A stretch of 49,413 nucleotides of DNA from Pseudomonadota bacterium (GTDB lineage: Bacteria > Desulfobacterota > Anaeroferrophillalia > Anaeroferrophillales > Tharpellaceae): NCBI GenBank assembly GCA_030641485.1, contig DAOWHJ010000159.1:1-49413 (forward strand). The letters run 5' to 3'. Position 1 is the stretch's first letter. Every line of letters starts with the position of its first letter. The translations under genes were made by a program, and so were the position numbers. Positions 45,580 to 49,413 of this stretch are shown here, one piece after another. The notes below the pieces were generated by a model, which saw only the letters and a list, made by a program, of their open reading frames with translations, was not told where the DNA came from and did not search any database.

Positions 45580-48500
45580 CTACCTCACCGAACCAGCCTT
45601 TTCTAGGCCACTATCACTCTTCTTATCAGCCCCCATTTTATCAAAAAGTTTTCCTGGCATTTGCAAAAGCCTGACCGGGGTCTTAAAAAATCTCTGCACC
45701 ATCCCACTTATATTTTTTCCCACTCCGATAACCGTTTGGGTCTCAATCTTAAGATCATCAAATGGTCCACGGACTGTCATCGGGATAACGACAAAAGTTT
45801 TATTGTCACCAGTTATGATATAGCCGACCACAGGAATCGAGGCAAGCAGTTTATCAACTGCTTGCAAGGGCTGAACCCCGACTTCAAGATTGACCTCGTC
45901 CTTAAGAAGATCGATTGTACCACTACCATAAAGGTTAAATGCCGGACCCTGCATATCAAATTCATCAATCTCAAGCAGCCCCCCGACCACCAACCCCTTA
46001 TAAGTGAGTTCCCGATAAGGAACCCCTTTATTGACACTGAATTCCGGCAGATGTAAGGCTGCAAACTGTGACAGATTAAGTAAAGAGCAGATATTAGCAA
46101 TCAGGGTAAATCTTTTCAACCGACCATTGTGAAAATTAAAATCAAGTTCTCCATCAAGACTCTCTTTCCAGTCCTTGGCTGAGGCCCCATGCCAATAGAG
46201 ATCAAGGGTTAGAGATCCATCCCCCCCCGACATCGGAAAACCCCGGTCGGGACTTTTCAGATAATCGCTCAAAGTCCCTAATTCAATATCCTCAAGTCTA
46301 GACTCCAACATAAAAGAGTCATCGACGAAACGCCAGCCGGCGTAGACATTAAAATCTCCATCAAAACTTTTCCCAACAAGTCTCTCTATATTTATTCCCG
46401 CAGCACTCAAAAGACAATCACATTCAATCTCATCCAAGATCATCTGTTGCCAGCGCAAGCGCTGGACTCGAGCTTTAAGACTAAGATTATTGCGTACCAA
46501 CTCCCGCTTCCAGGTCATAAATGATGCAACCTGATCATCTTCAAGAACTTCTGTCAGTTCCTCTAGCAAAACTGCCTGAACCCGCTCTTCTGACAACTGC
46601 CCAACCGATTCTTTTCCAATTGAGCCCGAGACTACTTTTCCTGAAAAACCTATCAGACTATCAATATCGAGATCTGAAACAACAATTTCAACATCACCTT
46701 GCAGACTATTAAATCCCTGCAACTCCCCGGTGATACCAACCTGAGCCCGTTCTCTCCCCCACTTCCAGCTGCAATCTCTTATTGTCAACGGTCCATCCAA
46801 ATCTCCGGCCAGAGACAAATTAAAGTCGTATAAATTACGCCATGAACTCTTCGCAGTAGATTTTTTTACTCCTGAAAGTGCTGGGAGCACTAATTTATCC
46901 ACCACACATTTAAGATCATAATCCAAGATTAGCGACTCTGCTGCAACCTCGACGGCCAACTCATTCACGAAACTCTCAGGCCCGACAACTCCAGTTGGTA
47001 CTTTTTCTGTAACTATTTTATTCTTTAATAAAAAATCTTCAACTTCAAGGTATGGGCTGCTAATTTCCCCGGAGACTAAGTAGTTTACAGCTTCTTGCCC
47101 CTTACATACGCACCCCTGGAAATTAAACTCCGACTGGTCACAAATTAGGTCAAGTTGTTTAATAATAACTTTATCCAGATTGAACTCAGCCTCACATTTC
47201 ATACTACCAACCGGCTTATCTGTAAAAGAAGACTCAATCCCCCGCCAATCGAGGCCGAGAGTTCCGGCTAACTCAAGATCAGAAAAATCATTAGCGGAAG
47301 CCGTCACGTTAACTTCAAGTAGTGAGCCACCAGCATCTAAACCTTTAATATCATAGATATTAGCCAACAAGTTATCAAGATCCTTGGGAGCAAACTCTGA
47401 GCATCTAACGGTAAGATTGAGACCAGCAGCCACGCTATCAGCAGCCCGTAAAAAAAATCCAGGCCCCGGCACCGTGCCCAACAACGTTAAGGGCACACTC
47501 CCACAATCAAAGGTTGCAGACTCAATCTGCACTTGATCACTTGTCAGAGAAAAAGCCACATTACCATTTTCCACATCCCATGGGATTGCACTTAACACAA
47601 ACGATATTTCTCGACCACTAAAGGTGCCACCCCAATCCATCTCATGCCATTGCACTAAAGGGCCCTGAAAAGTTAACTCACCAGCAATGGAGCCCTGCTT
47701 AAATGTAATCGGCAAAGCCCGCTTGGGTGAAGATTTCACAGCCTCCGCAAATAAACTCTCAAGATATGGATTTAGCCCTTGTAAATCAACTTCAAGAAAG
47801 CCGGAAAATGCCATCTGAACTTGGTGAAATATATTCTGTAATGAGAAAGCTCCTGACTCACATGTAAGTGTATCTCTGATTGATAAGTTAAGATTACTAA
47901 TTTCAAGTAGGTTAGTTGTAAGCGTCAAATCGGCAGACTCAACCATAAATGCAGGCCAATTCTCAGTCGCAGTAAAAGATAAATTCTCACCAATCAAATG
48001 CCCCCCGATTATCCCGGCCGGAGGCTCTAGCTCAACCATTCTCACAATCTTACGATAATCACCTTTAAGGTAAGCATTTTCAACCGCTAGGTTCCCCTGA
48101 GCTTGCAAATGCTTTGTGTAGCTTTGCACTGACTCAGGAATAATCCCCCAAGGGAGCAGAGGCAGGATTGTGGCGGGATTAAAAGTTGAGCTGCTCAGTT
48201 TGGCCTCGATAGTCCCATCAATACCGCGCCGAGCCTCATGTAAAAGACAATAACCCCGCACGATCAAACCATCGGCATTGATCGTGCAATCACGAGTCTC
48301 TATTGTATTGTAACTATCTGCCAAATGAAAATCATAATCTACTGCAAAACGATCAAATTTAAGCTTCTGTTTAAAAACCTGCTGATAATCAAGCTCAGCC
48401 TGATGCAAAACAATCTGCCCTTTTGACCTGAAAAGCCCAAGCAAACTCCCCTTGTAGTTTGAATCAATATCAACCCGACCTCCGATAAAACGCATCGGCA

Positions 48501-49329
48501 CATATTCTTGATAATAGGGAAAGTAGTTTGAACCATTAAGATTTGCGGCATTGATTTTACAATCAAGCACCATCTTGCCAGGTTCCAATGGGAATTTCAG
48601 ATTAGAGAGGCTCCCCTCAATCTTCACAGTGCCATCCCCATCTTTATCAAGGGCTATGGCTGTCAACTTAAGGAGAGTCTGGCTCTTAGTCTTATGCCAT
48701 AAAAAAGAGGCATTTAACTGCTTAAGGCTGGTTGTAATTGGTGATGTGCCAAAGCAACTATCCGTAAATTCAACGGCCCCATCAACAATTTCAATTTCAG
48801 CACCACTGATTTCAGCATCAAACTGCCATGTCCCAAGAGCTGCGAGCCACCCATTTTCATGCGGGACTTCATTCTGCAATCCCGGATCAACAACTACGAT
48901 TTTGGAATCACTAACACTCTTTGTGGAGTTCAGAAAAGCCGCTATCTGAGATTTTCCTCGCTCAAGATTTAAAACGACATCCGGCCGCACCAGAGTCAGG
49001 CAACTCAAATGCAAACTCCGTTTAAACAGATGCCAAAGATCGAAATTGATAATCGCCGTCGTCACAAATATATGCTGCGACCTGGATTTATCAAAAACTC
49101 TTACCCCATCAACCCGCAAGCCCGGTCCGTGCTGAAAGGTCAGCCCTAACTTAGCGACACTAACCTCACCGGCAAGCTGTGATTGCAGATAATCAAGTAG
49201 CTGCGGTCGATAATTATCCAAGTCGATCAGGTTCGGCAGGCTGATCAGGAGTAAAAAAAAACCCAAGATCAGAGTCGCACCTAATCGAGTCAGTAAGCGC
49301 CATTTTTTTCTAACTTCAATATGAGACAA
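45580..49329 (-). CDS. YhdP/AsmA-like large envelope protein (DUF3971 / AsmA_2-type)
   Basis: 1249 aa with a TTG start, a single N-terminal TM anchor and a long beta-rich body. Its size and N-terminus (LDNYRPQLLDYLQSQLAGEVSVAKLGLTF) resemble YhdP-family proteins. Confidence 0.7.
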   Translation of the reverse strand: MSHIEVRKKWRLLTRLGATLILGFFLLLISLPNLIDLDNYRPQLLDYLQSQLAGEVSVAKLGLTFQHGPGLRVDGVRVFDKSRSQHIFVTTAIINFDLWHLFKRSLHLSCLTLVRPDVVLNLERGKSQIAAFLNSTKSVSDSKIVVVDPGLQNEVPHENGWLAALGTWQFDAEISGAEIEIVDGAVEFTDSCFGTSPITTSLKQLNASFLWHKTKSQTLLKLTAIALDKDGDGTVKIEGSLSNLKFPLEPGKMVLDCKINAANLNGSNYFPYYQEYVPMRFIGGRVDIDSNYKGSLLGLFRSKGQIVLHQAELDYQQVFKQKLKFDRFAVDYDFHLADSYNTIETRDCTINADGLIVRGYCLLHEARRGIDGTIEAKLSSSTFNPATILPLLPWGIIPESVQSYTKHLQAQGNLAVENAYLKGDYRKIVRMVELEPPAGIIGGHLIGENLSFTATENWPAFMVESADLTLTTNLLEISNLNLSIRDTLTCESGAFSLQNIFHQVQMAFSGFLEVDLQGLNPYLESLFAEAVKSSPKRALPITFKQGSIAGELTFQGPLVQWHEMDWGGTFSGREISFVLSAIPWDVENGNVAFSLTSDQVQIESATFDCGSVPLTLLGTVPGPGFFLRAADSVAAGLNLTVRCSEFAPKDLDNLLANIYDIKGLDAGGSLLEVNVTASANDFSDLELAGTLGLDWRGIESSFTDKPVGSMKCEAEFNLDKVIIKQLDLICDQSEFNFQGCVCKGQEAVNYLVSGEISSPYLEVEDFLLKNKIVTEKVPTGVVGPESFVNELAVEVAAESLILDYDLKCVVDKLVLPALSGVKKSTAKSSWRNLYDFNLSLAGDLDGPLTIRDCSWKWGRERAQVGITGELQGFNSLQGDVEIVVSDLDIDSLIGFSGKVVSGSIGKESVGQLSEERVQAVLLEELTEVLEDDQVASFMTWKRELVRNNLSLKARVQRLRWQQMILDEIECDCLLSAAGINIERLVGKSFDGDFNVYAGWRFVDDSFMLESRLEDIELGTLSDYLKSPDRGFPMSGGDGSLTLDLYWHGASAKDWKESLDGELDFNFHNGRLKRFTLIANICSLLNLSQFAALHLPEFSVNKGVPYRELTYKGLVVGGLLEIDEFDMQGPAFNLYGSGTIDLLKDEVNLEVGVQPLQAVDKLLASIPVVGYIITGDNKTFVVIPMTVRGPFDDLKIETQTVIGVGKNISGMVQRFFKTPVRLLQMPGKLFDKMGADKKSDSGLEKAGSVR

Positions 49330-49387
49330 ATCGGGCTCTCTACTCTCTACTTTGCTAATATCGAAACTAATTTCACTCCGTTCCGGT

Positions 49388-49413
49388 CATGAAGGGAGAA
49401 ATAAGTTTCGCCG
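49388..49413 (+). repeat. Possible partial copy F of the intergenic repeat family at the right window edge
   Basis: CATGAAGGGAGAAATAAGTTTCGCC resembles C(A/C)TGAAGGGTATAAACTTCG(CC) of copies A and C. It is truncated by the window end. Confidence 0.3.

Noticed and set aside
1-49413. CRISPR arrays, rRNA/tRNA genes, IS elements, integrases, toxin-antitoxin pairs and recognisable defence genes.
   Set aside because: I saw no regularly spaced direct repeats, no tRNA-like T-arm motifs in the spacers, and no transposase, integrase or nuclease/helicase defence-type ORFs. The window looks like core chromosome.

Overview
This is a chromosomal, mostly housekeeping window with about 35 protein genes. By eye I found no rRNA, tRNA, CRISPR array, transposase, integrase or prophage genes.

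Taxonomy (inference only): the gene content suggests a flagellated, piliated anaerobe of the Desulfobacterota ('Deltaproteobacteria'). Supporting features are a Bacillus-like fliJ-ylxF-fliK-flgD-flgE order, a Geobacter/Desulfuromonas-style pilB-pilT-pilC-pilS-pilR block, a fused pyruvate:ferredoxin-oxidoreductase-like enzyme, a Pat-type acetyltransferase and a sigma-54 enhancer-binding regulator.

Layout, left to right:
- 1-6.2 kb, minus strand: flagellar hook operon. flgE is open at the left edge and is absent from the ORF track.
- 6.3-15 kb: ndk, bioD, mgtE, recO, glyQ, mltA, clpS, clpA.
- 15-23 kb: a secreted papain-like peptidase, glnS, a membrane M48/TPR peptidase, a small lipoprotein and a periplasmic OB-fold protein.
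- 23-31 kb: the fused 2-oxoacid:ferredoxin oxidoreductase, a CBS-pair protein, a DUF294 nucleotidyltransferase and a two-subunit Na+/solute symporter.
- 32-42 kb: pilBTCSR followed by a Pat-like acetyl-CoA-synthetase/GNAT protein instead of a pilin gene.
- 42-49 kb: lptF/G-type permease, radC, an orphan CooC-like ATPase, a small zinc-ribbon protein and a 1249-aa YhdP/AsmA-like protein.

I did not find a convincing new multi-gene system such as a defence island or mobile element. The signals least explained by the genes are:
1. A dispersed intergenic repeat family with at least five clear copies and one partial copy.
2. A 27-nt module, identical at two loci and degenerate at a third, that matches the sigma-54 -24/-12 promoter consensus. 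One repeat copy also has the layout of a sigma-54 promoter followed by a terminator, so it is a small-RNA candidate.
3. Long perfect inverted repeats at 19.1 kb and 21.9 kb.
4. A split CBS / DUF294 / symporter module.
5. A pilus operon with no pilin gene.

All functional calls come from motif recognition by eye. No searches were run.
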